From NCBI GenBank assembly GCA_025201805.1, contig MU619282.1:1-64000 (forward strand): 64,000 nucleotides of DNA, given 5' to 3'. Each line of letters starts with the position of its first letter. The first letter of the stretch is position 1. The notes under the pieces are model-generated. The model did no database searches and was not told where the DNA came from. It was given only the letters and a program-made list of their open reading frames with translations. Source of the stretch: Parasitella parasitica NRRL 2501. Its lineage: Eukaryota; Fungi; Mucoromycota. The position numbers and the translations under genes are program-made. Positions 30,705 to 42,165 of the stretch are shown in pieces.

Positions 30705-30820
30705 GATAACACACCCATTCATAAAAAATTCATCTGCATAGAAATTTATTAAATCGCAAGGACATAAATGTGTTTGTCTTCAACCTTGCTCTCCGTTCCT
30801 GAATCCAATTAAAGGTTTTT
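30705..30820 (+). pseudogene. Degenerate Tc1/IS630-type transposase catalytic fragment
   Basis: Across a frameshift it reads DNTPIHK...KSQGHKCVCLQPCSPFLNPIKGF, matching DNAxIH...GYxxxxLPPYSPFLNPIEEFW as in the 59-60 kb element. Confidence 0.7.
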
Positions 30821-30882
30821 GATTCGAATTCAACAGACACACTTATACCCAGAATTGCAGGTGTTTGTCAATAGACACCGTA

Positions 30883-30913
<31 letters not shown>

Positions 30914-31390
30914 TNNNNNNNNNNNNNNNNNNNNNNNNNNNNNNNNNNNNNNNNNNNNNNNNNNNNNNNNNNNNNNNNNNNNNNTTGCTTTTCAGTCTCC
31001 TGGCCCCCTAAGTGAAAGTGATTGGGCCTTAGAGTTACTATGCATATTGGTTTCCGTGCGTATAGACCATCATGCGTAGCATATGCCTTATCTGCGCTAG
31101 TTCTGTATACCCACATTTAAGGCAAACAGACGAGATTTATGGTCCTCCAAAGACAATTCAACATCTTTGGCTAAGTCCAACATTCAAGTGCTCGATGACT
31201 CTTGATAAAAAACCTTACAATCACTTTTAAAATAAAAGTTAAAATTGCTCATGGAGCCAGCCCTTGCAATATGATCCCGCTCTCTTTTATTTATCACCTG
31301 ATGGAGAGTCTCATTGTGATTGTGCCATTGCTCTGAGGAAACTCTAATTTATTCATATTTCTCCACTTGATATGGTACTACATTGGCAAA

Positions 31391-34300
31391 TCTATATATA
31401 AACGAGCTGGTCATCGCACGGTAAAAATCGACCCTCGTGTACGCGGTGTCCATCACGCTCTGCCAAGGCTGCCAGTCTGTTTTCAAGCGTACATGTTGTA
31501 TCCATAGAATTCCATAGTTCCCACTCAGCTTTCATGGCACCCGTTCCTGACCGAATTTAAGGCTAAATGTCACCGCATATTCTATTATATAGTAAACATG
31601 TAACATCGACTACATAACAGTATGTATTCATAATATTTTCCAATAACATGTTAGATTTAGGGCAACGTAAAACATACTCAGGTTGATCATATTTCTTGGG
31701 TTCATAGGGCAAACATCGTGAGTTCTTCTTCTATGGCCCTTTCTTCTGCAAGATATACATCTAACAACTACTTGATCTAAGGGCCATTTATTAATGTTTT
31801 GATTCGACAAATTAAACATTATCCATTCTATTCAATGGCGCAGCTTCAAATATAAATCTCTTTCAAGATGACGATAGTCTTTCAAGATGACGATAGTAAT
31901 ACAGTTGTTATTCGCCCTGAATGTTAACTAATGTCTAAAACAGATGTGACCGTATCGTGCTTTTTTATTTAAGCAGTGATTTTTGCTTTTAAGCCCTGCG
32001 ACTAACTCCCTAATCATTTTACAAAAGTCAGATATGCTATATTATACTACCAACCTCTTTAATCTGTAATTACTTTAACATACATTAAGAATTAGAATTG
32101 GTATTATGAATCGAAGAATCAAAATATTGAACAGACATACTTACATCAACATTAATAAAAGCAACTATCCAATCTTTTACATTAGACTTGGCCTTTAAAG
32201 AACCATGAATGAAAATAATACAAATGTGTGCCGTTTCTGTGGAAGACAAGGCCATTCAAGACGATCACATAGCAACTGCGCTCAAAATGTTGCCACAGCA
32301 GCTATCTCTGGTCCTGTCGATGCAACAATTTTCCATGATCCTGTCAATGTTACAGATGTCCCTGATGTTGTCACATGCCGCTTTTTGTGGAAGAGAAGGT
32401 CATTCCAGACGATTACATAGTAACTGTGCTCAGTATACCATTTTTGACGCAACCGTTATTTCTGGCACTGTTATATGTCGTTTTTGTGGAAGAAAAGGCT
32501 ATTCAAGACGATAGCATAGAAACTATGCCATGAATGCCAACGCTACATCAAGCCAGAATTGTGGCCGCAACCCTACATTGCCTGAAGTGCAAAGAAACAG
32601 TGTTGGAGCTATGAATGTTGTGTGTTCTTTGTGCAATGCCCATATGTGGATAGGGGAACGAAAGACTAACTCTAGTATGGCAGCACTTATCTTTCAAATA
32701 TGATGTACAGCAGGACGAGCTACTTTCAAACCATTGGAGCCACTCTCTGAAGCTATTGAACACCTTTATCAAAAATGAAAGGCACAAAAAACGTTGGCGC
32801 AATCAGTTTTATAATACACATTTTGTGCCATTAATTTTTGGAAAAGGTGTAAATCGAATCCGAAACAATAACACGCAAAACGAAGAATTCAAAACCAACA
32901 TCAGAAGTTACAATTCTGCTGTAAGCTTCGCTCCAGTGAACACATTTGCGTTTAATGCACTCCTTGATCGTGTCGGACGAAAAGGTGATATTGCGATTGC
33001 TGTGGCATAGAGCGGAACTGCTGCATTGTGGCTTAAAGGCGGACATACTGCTCACTCTACCTTCAAGATGCCTTTAGAGTACCTAACACTAGCATGTACG
33101 ACATTTCTCCTCGCTCTGACATAGCCTCATTTATCCAAAGAGCAAAAATTATTGTTTGGGATGAATGCTCAATGATTAGCAAGGACTTGATAGCAACAGT
33201 TGATCGCTCATTTCGTGATATAATGAACATCGATCTCCGTTTTGGTGGCCTTTTCATGGTTTTCGGTGGAGATTTTCGTCAGATTTTGCCAATAATCCCT
33301 GGAGCCAGCAGGTCGGTTATTGTTGGGCAGTGCTTGAACAAAGCCAGCTTTTGGCCATTGGCGTTCTCAAGGCAATTGCGTACAAACATGAAAGTTCAGC
33401 AGGCTCTTCAAACTGACAATCCAGGCCTTGCTAACGAGCTTCAACAATTTGCTGATTATCTACCTCAGGTTGCGTCAAGGTACTGTTCCTACAATTACTC
33501 TGCCCAGAGACATACCTTCAGATTTTATCCAAATTCCTTGAGGAGATGCTCATATCTGGAGATAATTTGATTAATTTGAGAAGAAGCATTTTCTTTGATA
33601 TTGCCACTGCGGCTAACAGTCTTGATTACTTTGCTGGGAGGGCTATCTTGACTGCAAAAAACAGAGATGTCAAGGTGATAAACGATATACTCTTGGAGTG
33701 CATTGAAAAGGCGCAAAATGTCGTACGTCAGTAGTGATCAAGCCTGCGAAGATGAATCTCAATTGACAATGCCGGTTGAGATGCTTAACACCATCGAAAA
33801 TGGGTCTTTGCCTCCTCATATTCTTGATTTGAAAATTGGTGCTCCAATTATGGCAATCAGAAATATTGATCCTGCGGCTGGCATCTGTAATGGTACGAGA
33901 TTAATCGTCAACTTACTGATGACGAATATCATCGAAGTAATCATTGCTACCGGGCCCAATGCTGGTAACATTGTTGTTATCTCCAAAATCAAATTCATCT
34001 CTCTTGTCACTGAAGACTTCTCACCTTTTAATTTTCAACAAATTGAGTTTCCTGTAAGACTGACCATCAACAAGTCGCAAGGCCAAACGCTGAATTTTTT
34101 CGGTTTGTACCTAAAAAGCCATTCATTTGGTCATGGCCAACTGTATGTCGCTTTATCACATTTGCGGACGCCAACCTCTGTCGAAATAATGATCTCTGAT
34201 GATATATTCAAATAGACAATTACACTGGGTCATATACTCACAACATTGTTTATAAAAATGTTTACAATGCTGCATAAAAACTAATAAAATCAAATTATAA

Positions 34301-34428
34301 GCATTTTATTTTATTGGTAAACCAGGCCTGCGGCAGCACGAGATGTATACCGCTTTAGTGAAGGGTAAATTTACCGTAGCAAGACGAAAGCGAAAATTTA
34401 TCCCAACGTGGCGGTATGATACAGCTCG
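31391..34428 (+). mobile_element. Internally deleted, pseudogenised Helitron (zinc-finger N-terminus plus Pif1 helicase; Rep absent)
   Basis: A|TCTATATATA 5' end; MNVVCSLCNAHMWIGER and FKTNIRSYNS N-terminal motifs; Pif1 motifs GGHTAHSTF, IVWDECSM, FGGDFRQILPI, LPPHILDLKIGAPIM, NIDPAAGICNGTRL, TINKSQGQTL, HGQLYVALS with stops and frameshifts; GC-rich 3' region ending CTCG|T. Termini are tentative. Confidence 0.85.
31494..31595 (+). repeat. 5' fragment of the 860-1338 LTR family
   Basis: TGTTGTATCCATAGAAT.CCAT.GTT.CCACT...TCATGGCA.CCGTTCCT...AAGG.TAAATG aligns with 860-965. Confidence 0.8.
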
Positions 34429-34719
34429 TTTATTTCATAAAATAATCTAATAATAATTTAACCAGCAATACTTGTAATAAAAGAGTAAAAATAACGATGG
34501 GTTGGATGTACTGATTCACCTTGAAATTTAACAATTGGTCTACAGTGTTCCCATTAAGAGGGAAAATAAAAAGTGGTTAAAAAATATCGAGTTAATGGTA
34601 CATTAAGTACCTCTTTAGTGCAAATATAATTTTTTACCTGATCAGAGGCAAAAAGAACAATTGTATCGCTAGATAATAGCTAATGAAAGACACGATTTTT
34701 ACCATTTTTCTGGCTTTAA

Positions 34720-35305
34720 GAGCATCTCCAACGGAGATGCTAAACAAAAAGCCAGCTTTTTTGGAAGTGCTAATTTGATACGAAAATTTTAGAAATCAAG
34801 CGATCTAATTCTCATAAATCATCATTTAAATGGTTGATTTCGATGGACATATTGATATAATATTTGTTCAAATTAATTAAGGGTGTGAAATATCTGAGAT
34901 TATGTAATTGAGGTTTTCTGGAATAATATGATATTGATTTATCGATAAAATATATGGAGTATTTATACTATTTGATATTCGGTTAAAATAATATGTTTTG
35001 GTTATTCAGTTATATATATTTGACATGGTTAAGAAGGGCCTTGATACCAGAAAGTTAATGGTAACTACCCACTGGCCTTGGTTCGCGGTTAGGGAATCAT
35101 CTTGGAACACCTCGAGGGTTACCACCAACACAAATTTCAATATAGCTTTTTCAAAAATAACGGCCAAATTTGGTTTCCTGGCAATCTTATTTTAGCTTTT
35201 GCTAAATATGGCACCCTGTTTACCTGGTCCGTTGGAGACCGTTTTTATTTATTTGGAGGTATTTTGGGAAATTTTGGGAAATTAGCACCTCCGTTGGAGA
35301 TGCTC
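34720..35305. mobile_element. PIF/Harbinger (Tourist-like) MITE, 586 bp
   Basis: 24-bp TIRs GAGCATCTCCAACGGAG(A/G)TGCTAA with 1 mismatch; TAA TSD at 34717-34719 and 35306-35308; AT-rich non-coding interior. Confidence 0.9.
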
Positions 35306-35530
35306 TAAGCTGGTTGTTTACTAAGCAACCTTGTTGAACCATAAGGGTACAAATGGCTTCAGGCTATTCTTTAGCTTGCTAAACGAGTAGTCTAAAAATT
35401 GTTCGAGTTCAAGACTGAAACCCCCGCAAAACCTAGTTACATTCTAATGATTTTCTATTTATTTTGTACAAAGGTGAGGATACTACAGCTTTCCTCTATA
35501 TAATACTTTTAAGATTCTAACAACTAGACT

Positions 35531-36637
35531 TTAATTACTACCACGAGCAGCATTAAGGACCTCATCAGCAAAATCAGACTCCTTTTTCTCAATACCTTCT
35601 CCGACTTGCCAGCGGATAAAATCAACAACCTCAGCATCAGCAGCTTGCTGGACATAATCAGCGATAGTTAATTCTGGCTTCAAAAGATACTTTTGCTTAT
35701 TCAAAACTTGAGCCTCCTCAAATTCTTCTAAATTGGGTTGAGATTGTCGTTCACTTTCTGGGACATCTTGAGGGTTAAGCCAAGTGGGGTTGAAGCCGAC
35801 AACTTGACGGGCAATTTGGCGGGCAGTTTTGGCTAACGTTCCTGCAGAAGCTTCATTGACTTCTGCTAATGTTACCTTCTTGGGCTGAAGAACGGCAATA
35901 CCGCCCATCTTGCCGCTGTGAGCATCTCCACCGTGTATGTAACAAGCAGAGACCCCCTCTGCAACAATAGCGGCACGACGTAAAGAGATATTTTCACCAA
36001 GCTTACCGATGACCTCCACAATTGTTTCTTGAACAGTCTTTCCGATGTCGTCTGCTGAAATCAATTCATTGTCATCAGGGTGAGGCATTAATGGTGCATT
36101 GAGAAGAACGTCTACGGGGATAGACTCAATAAAGCGAGCGCTGGCGGCGGCAGGTCCATCATGCATTAACAAAGATGTGGCAGCAATTTTGGAGGCGAGA
36201 TTTTTGAAAACATCATTTCTAGAGACAAAATCAGTCTCGCAATTCAACTACAAGTAAAAAGAAGGGTTAGTTTGCATATGGAATCAGCCATTCATAAAGT
36301 ATACACTCAAATTTACCTCAATGATGGTGCTCTTGCTCTTGAACGCATTTGAGGCAGGGACTAGAACAGATGCTGTGGTAATCAAACCTTCACTGGCAGT
36401 TCTGCCAGCAACCTTTTGTGCTTTTTTAGCTCCAGAGATTTGAGCATCCTCAGACAACCAAGCTAATGCTTTCGCATAGTCATTGTTGGTCTTGACAAGG
36501 GCCTCCTTTGCTTTACTCATAGAAACTTCGGTCTCCTTGCGAAGTTCCTTTAGTAATTTCATATTTGGCTTTACTTCAGTAGAATAGCCTCTAGTCAGAG
36601 TACGATGAAGATTGCGAAAGACACTGAGCTTGTTCAT
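35531..36637 (-). CDS. TSFM: Mitochondrial translation elongation factor Ts
   Basis: Presequence-like N-terminus; LLKELRKET...KAKEAL, KVAGRTASEGL, E|LNCETDFVSRN, GENISLRR and GEGIEKKESDFADEV motifs. Confidence 0.93.
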
Positions 36638-36767
36638 TTTACGATTAATTATTGAATGACAAAAAAGAAGACAGGGGCATTCGCTGAATGGGTCATTTCG
36701 ATGCTGTTCATTATAGTCTCAGATCTACACACCTTCTACTCACAAGCATGGTGGCTTGGGATGTGCT

Positions 36768-36804
<37 letters not shown>

Positions 36805-36914
36805 TAGTGGACTTCATGATTTCGTGAAAANNNNNNNNNNNNNNNNNNNNNNNNNNNNNNNNNNNNNNNNNNNNNNNNNNNNNNNNNNNNNNNNNNNNNN
36901 NNNNNNTGTGCTGG

Positions 36915-36947
<33 letters not shown>

Positions 36948-37077
36948 AACAATAGTGGACTTCATGATTTCGTGAAAACCTCCTCTCTTTCGTCTATCTT
37001 TTGATTTCTGTAAGTGCTTGGTTTTGAATAAATTGAACAATTGAAATTGCCTCTAAACAGCGAAATTCAGGTTCAAA

Positions 37078-37572
37078 ATGGCCCCTACTGTCAAGTCCAA
37101 GAAGAACACCGAGTCCATCAACTCTCGTCTCCAACTTGTCACCAAGTCTGGAAAGTACACTCTCGGTTATAAGACCACTTTGAAGACTATTCGTCAAGGA
37201 AAGGGTAAGTTGATCAATATTGGAAACAAACAAAAAAAGCGATCTCTGTATCATTCTAGGGGGACAGGAGCCTCTTTTTTATTTCGTTCTACGCCTCTAT
37301 CTTTTTTTTTTTTTTTTTTTGGCAGAGATCGTCCCCCATTCAACTCTCTTATTAATGCCTTGCATCTAATAGCCAAATTGATCATTATTGCTGGTAATTG
37401 TCCTCCTCTTCGCAAGTCCGAGATCGAGTACTATGCCATGTTGTCCAAGACTGGTGTTCATCACTACAACGGTAACAACATCGATCTTGGTACTGCTTGT
37501 GGTAAGCTCTTCCGTACCAGCGTCCTCTCCATCACCGATGCAGGTGACTCTGATATCTTGACCGCCCAATAA
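37078..37572 (+). CDS. RPL30: 60S ribosomal protein L30 (eL30); intron 37205-37372
   Basis: [48 protein letters not shown] and GDSDIL; intron bounded by GTAAGT and TAG. Confidence 0.97.
   Translation: MAPTVKSKKNTESINSRLQLVTKSGKYTLGYKTTLKTIRQGKGKLINIGNKQKKRSLYHSRGTGASFLFRSTPLSFFFFFFGRDRPPFNSLINALHLIAKLIIIAGNCPPLRKSEIEYYAMLSKTGVHHYNGNNIDLGTACGKLFRTSVLSITDAGDSDILTAQ
37239..37337 (+). promoter_or_regulatory. Putative intronic L30e-binding kink-turn RNA element with competing helix
   Basis: GGGGGACAGGAGCC (37259-37272) and GGCAGAGATCGTCCCCC (37321-37337) form canonical k-turn geometry resembling the yeast RPL30 autoregulatory site. Confidence 0.65.
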
Positions 37573-37769
37573 GTTAACTATTCTCATGAATAAAATTATG
37601 GAATATAATGCCATGCTATCACAAAAAGTGTATCGATGATCAGTTAAGCAGTCGATACGAAATTTTGGCACCACACAGCATAATTACAACAAAACATTCG
37701 TTATAAAGAATTTGACATGAGAACGACAGGACACACATTTACCTAGGACGTTTTATTATTCCAAAACAA

Positions 37770-40534
37770 TCAAGCTAATGCCGATTTGAGCTGTTCAGCA
37801 TCGTAAATAGGTAGACCACATGCAAAGTTCTCACAAATATATGCAGCGGGTTCATTAGCTGTGCTTTGAGATTGTTCTGCGATTTGTTTGATTACAGAAT
37901 TCTTGGAGGCAATAAACCCTTCTAGCTTGGCCAAAGCTACTAGTTTGTTGGGCATAAATACACGAGATACAATCTTTTTGAAAGTAGACATGGTGGGATC
38001 TGCAGGTCTACCTGCTAATACAATCTAGTACATTGTGTGTGAGTACCTAAGACAGACAGGCGCACATATATATGCAACAATTTACCTCCTTCAGACCATT
38101 GGAAACTAACATGAATGAAGCCACTAGAGCGGGTATAGCAAATGGAAATTTGCTCAAAGACAATCGGAATGCTTGTACCGTTTCCTGTGCTTTGTTCATG
38201 TAAACGGGGACCTCCAAAAGGGATGCAAGACGAGTTAAATTTCTTGACGAGACAGCATTTCTGTTATCCAACATGTTAGCATCAACCTCTAGTGATATAT
38301 ACCATAAACTTACGCAGAAGGCTCAGCACCATCTTGCTCTATAGGATATAAACCTCTTAATGCAAGGATATTACTTAAACCAACAGCTCTGCCTTACCTT
38401 CTTTCATTCTGACCAAAATTGACTTGTCGTTAATAGTTACATTAAAATAGCCGCCTTGCTCTTGATCATAAAATAGCTCATTCTGCTTTTCTTGCAACAC
38501 AAATGCCCATTCAATCCACCGCTCATCAAAGGTCACTTCGTACAGATCCAAAAGAGCCTGGATGAAATTGCAGTAATCATCAACAAAACCTTGGATATCC
38601 GAAGGGCCCTTGCAGTAACTTCTCAACAAGATGTGTGCTGTAGGATCGTAGAGCTCTCGATGAACAAACTCTGCAGCCTCCACTGCCAATTTAATGATTT
38701 TTTCATCCTGAACAGCTTCATATGCATGTACTAGGCCGGTAATCATTAGCCCATTCCACGAAGTCAAGATCTAGAAGAACGAATAAACAAGAGTGAAATC
38801 TAGCGATGCGTATACACCTTTACCTTTTCGTCACGATGAGGTCGAGGGCGAGCTCGGGAGCGATATTCCCATAGTTTACTCTTTGCCGAAACTAGGATTT
38901 CATAGACCTCCGTTGGTGTCATGCCTGCAGTTTTCGCTGTCTCTTCTATCGATTTGCATTCTGAAAGCACGTTTTTCCGTTTTAGCTCGTTCTGCGGATC
39001 TTGCATTGGATCCACATTTCCCTCTTCTTCACATTTGTAATGGATGCTTACGACATGAGAGTTCACCAGACCCAAAATGTCTTGCAATTCAGATAGTTCC
39101 CAGACACAAAAAGCCCCCTCTAGTTTCTTGGGCGAGTTGTCGTACGGCAATGAATCGGCATCTTCAGCTGAATAGAACCCGCCCTGTGCATGATGCAAAT
39201 CTCTCGATACATACAGAATAATATCTCTTGTTACCTGCGCAAATACTGGTTCCCCTGTGATCTGATACGCGGAGGAGTAGAGTGATAACAGCTGTGCTTG
39301 ATCATACAGCATTTTCTCGAAATGAGGTACATGCCACTTTTTGTCGGTGCTATATCGATGAAACCCACTTCCAATGTGATCGTGAATGCCTCCTGCTGCA
39401 ATCTTTTTCAATGTAAACAGTGCCATTTCAAGAGCTTTTTGTGCGTCAGCAGTCTTTTTCTGTCTATTGTACATGTAGTAGTCTATCAAGAACTGCAGCT
39501 GAACTGGTGTTGGGAACTTGGGGGCAGGGCCAAACCCACCATAGACGGGGTCAAACGAGTTCTCGAAATGATGGTAGGTTTCTGCTGCAACTGCAACTGG
39601 ATCCAGTTCCGACGATGATTCTGCTGGCTTTGCCTATGTGGAGATGTTTAGTAGCTTTATGGGTGCAAATTCATAACGCAATGTACCTCAATGTAAGATT
39701 TTAACTGCTGTGTCATGTTTTCTCCGCTCGCTTTTATTTTTTGTGGATCAGTTGTCCACAATTGAGCAATACGCTTCAGTAGAGTTTTGAATCCAGGTTT
39801 ACCGTTCTGATCTTCAGGAGGAAAGTAAGAAGCACCAAAAAAAGGGTTCAAATCAGATGTGAGAAAGACAGACATAGGCCAACCACCTTGGCCTGTTGTT
39901 AATTGAACATAGGTCATATATAACTTGTCCACGCCGGGATTTTCTTCTCTGTTAAAGATGTTAGTATTTCACGTCTTGCAAATAGCAAAACTAACCTATC
40001 AACTAGGCAGTGAAAATAGATTAGCAAATATTACATTCAATGCAGGAAGTCTTACCTTTAATATTCACAAATTTGTCGTTCATGATTGCTGCTACAGTTT
40101 CATTTTCAAACGATTCATGCTCCATGACATGGCACCAACTATTGTAAACAAAAAAAAAAGTCTTTATTTGCAATAAACAACTCCATTGACTACATAACAC
40201 TTACTGACATGTGCTGTAACCCACGCTCAAAAATATGGGTTTATTTTCCTGCTTTGCTTTATTAAAAGCTTCTTCTCCCCATGGATACCAATCAACCTAT
40301 ATTCTATCTGATTAATTTGATTTTTTTATATGGCAATATTCACTAACGGGATTATGAGCTATCAAAGTCGATCAAAGCGCATTAGTAATTAAAAAAAAAG
40401 AAAAAGAAAGAAAAACTAATCCTAATTACCGTGTTGCTTTAGAAAAAGAGCATTAGCAATAAATATAAATCCTAATATGCTAGATTTACCAATAGATAAG
40501 GGCTTTTCTCTTTGATCAATCTGTTTGTAGACAT
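37770..40534 (-). CDS. SPATA20/YyaL thioredoxin plus six-hairpin glycosidase-like protein, many exons
   Basis: Spliced [63 protein letters not shown]...[30 protein letters not shown] and [10 protein letters not shown]. Confidence 0.93.
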
Positions 40535-40728
40535 GCTTTTATATTTGAATCAATACACAAAACGTGAAAGAGGAGGCGATAAAAGCAAAGAATCTGGGTT
40601 TCTTCCCATTTAAAGCAAAGCATTGACCTTAAATGGTAACCATGACTACCTGTTTCAATTTGAACGAAAAAAGATTGGGGGTTTATTTGATAGTTATAGT
40701 TATTAGAATTAAGGTGTTAGTATTAGAA

Positions 40729-42165
40729 TTAATGATGCGACGAAGTAGACGATGAAGATGATGATTTTCTACTACCAAATAGCTTGGATAAAGACACTTT
40801 TTTACCTACAATGGAGCGAATCATGAAATTGCGTTCTTTTATGCTCGTTGAATTAGAAGGCATTGGAGGTGGGGAAGAAGATGCTATTGAGGTTTTGAAA
40901 GAAGCAGATAACGAGGATTTTGTTGGAAAGGATCTACTTTTAGTAATGGTAGCAGCTGAATGCTGTGGCTGTGATGGTGGCTCCTTCAGCTGCGTATGAT
41001 GATGTTGTTGGTGTTGATTTTGGATGGCGTAAGATGAAGAAGACCTCTTCATCGATTGCTGACAGCGCGGTGCCAAGTTATTACTGATGGGCCTGAAGGC
41101 AGAAATGCTTGATTCACTTCTAATCATGAGAAATGGGTGCTTTTTTTTAGCTTGAAGGTTGTAAAAGTCTGCTAAACAATCGTCAGTTTCCACTTTTTCG
41201 TCTGCAAACTCCTGCTCAAATATGATGGGCTCGTCAGGTGCTAGTAAAGGCTGTCCTTGTTGGCTTTCTGTGTGCTCATCAACGAACCAGCTTTTCCATT
41301 GAATTCCATTGCCATCCATTTGCGCATTCAGATCACTATGATCACTATGATCGCTGTAAATGCTTCGGTTTTCTGACATGATGCTTTCTTCATCCTGTTT
41401 TACATCAATCTCTTTCCATGAAGAAGCTTGGTTGAGTTTTTGGTAATAACTCTCGTATTTACGGTTAAATCCGCTTTTGTTCAATGAAAAATCATCCAGA
41501 CTTGATCTCAATGAGATGTTTGGTGTAGAGCTGGATGCAGTCAATCGGAAATCTTGCTGTTTAAAATCTTGGATATCAAGCTCAATCAAGTCTGGGTCTT
41601 CTTGCTTGATGCTTGTTGTGACAATAGCTTCGTCTTGGGTGATATTGAATGTTTCTTCGACAGGTGTATTATTATGCTTGACAAGTAAAGGAGCATGCAC
41701 TTGGCCATCCTCCTCTTCTTCCTCTTGCTCCTCTGTACCAGCCAGAGGGCCTGATGTGATATCAATTGGAGCAACGCCAAACCCTACCATAAAATCAGGG
41801 TCTCCCAATGCTTGAAGTAGCTCTTGACGTGCATCCAATGACCTTTGCATTGACTTTAGGCTGATAATATTCATAGTATGAACAGCTTCGGTAATGCTGA
41901 TAGTGTCGCGAGCACTCCAAGCTTGAGCACATTGCAGCATTTGTTTTGAATCCAACCATTGCTGGTCAAGATAATGGTCCATGAGTCTCATCCAGGCAAA
42001 TCGAATGTATTCATAGCTGGGAGAAGCTGGTATCTGCTCAATCAACTGAGTTTTCCAGGCTTGTGTAAGTGTTTCATATTCTTGTTCGACATTTGGGTTA
42101 TGTGGGTGAAGAAAGGATGGTAATGAGTTTTGTGCGTCCTGCGCATCTTTGGCATGAGCAAACAT
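40729..42165 (-). CDS. Hypothetical protein, Ser/Gln/acidic-rich (start uncertain)
   Basis: Uninterrupted ORF of about 480 codons; no recognised domain. Confidence 0.7.
   Translation of the reverse strand: MFAHAKDAQDAQNSLPSFLHPHNPNVEQEYETLTQAWKTQLIEQIPASPSYEYIRFAWMRLMDHYLDQQWLDSKQMLQCAQAWSARDTISITEAVHTMNIISLKSMQRSLDARQELLQALGDPDFMVGFGVAPIDITSGPLAGTEEQEEEEEDGQVHAPLLVKHNNTPVEETFNITQDEAIVTTSIKQEDPDLIELDIQDFKQQDFRLTASSSTPNISLRSSLDDFSLNKSGFNRKYESYYQKLNQASSWKEIDVKQDEESIMSENRSIYSDHSDHSDLNAQMDGNGIQWKSWFVDEHTESQQGQPLLAPDEPIIFEQEFADEKVETDDCLADFYNLQAKKKHPFLMIRSESSISAFRPISNNLAPRCQQSMKRSSSSYAIQNQHQQHHHTQLKEPPSQPQHSAATITKSRSFPTKSSLSASFKTSIASSSPPPMPSNSTSIKERNFMIRSIVGKKVSLSKLFGSRKSSSSSSTSSHH

Noticed and set aside
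27600-35400. Gene-free block as a possible Mucor-type centromere
   Set aside because: It is short, no LINE ORFs are visible, and the content is explained by DNA-transposon debris.
36762-36978. Duplicated TGTGCTGG-polyT-AACAATAGTGGACTTCATGATTTCGTGAAAA around the N gap
   Set aside because: Assembly artefact at a homopolymer break.
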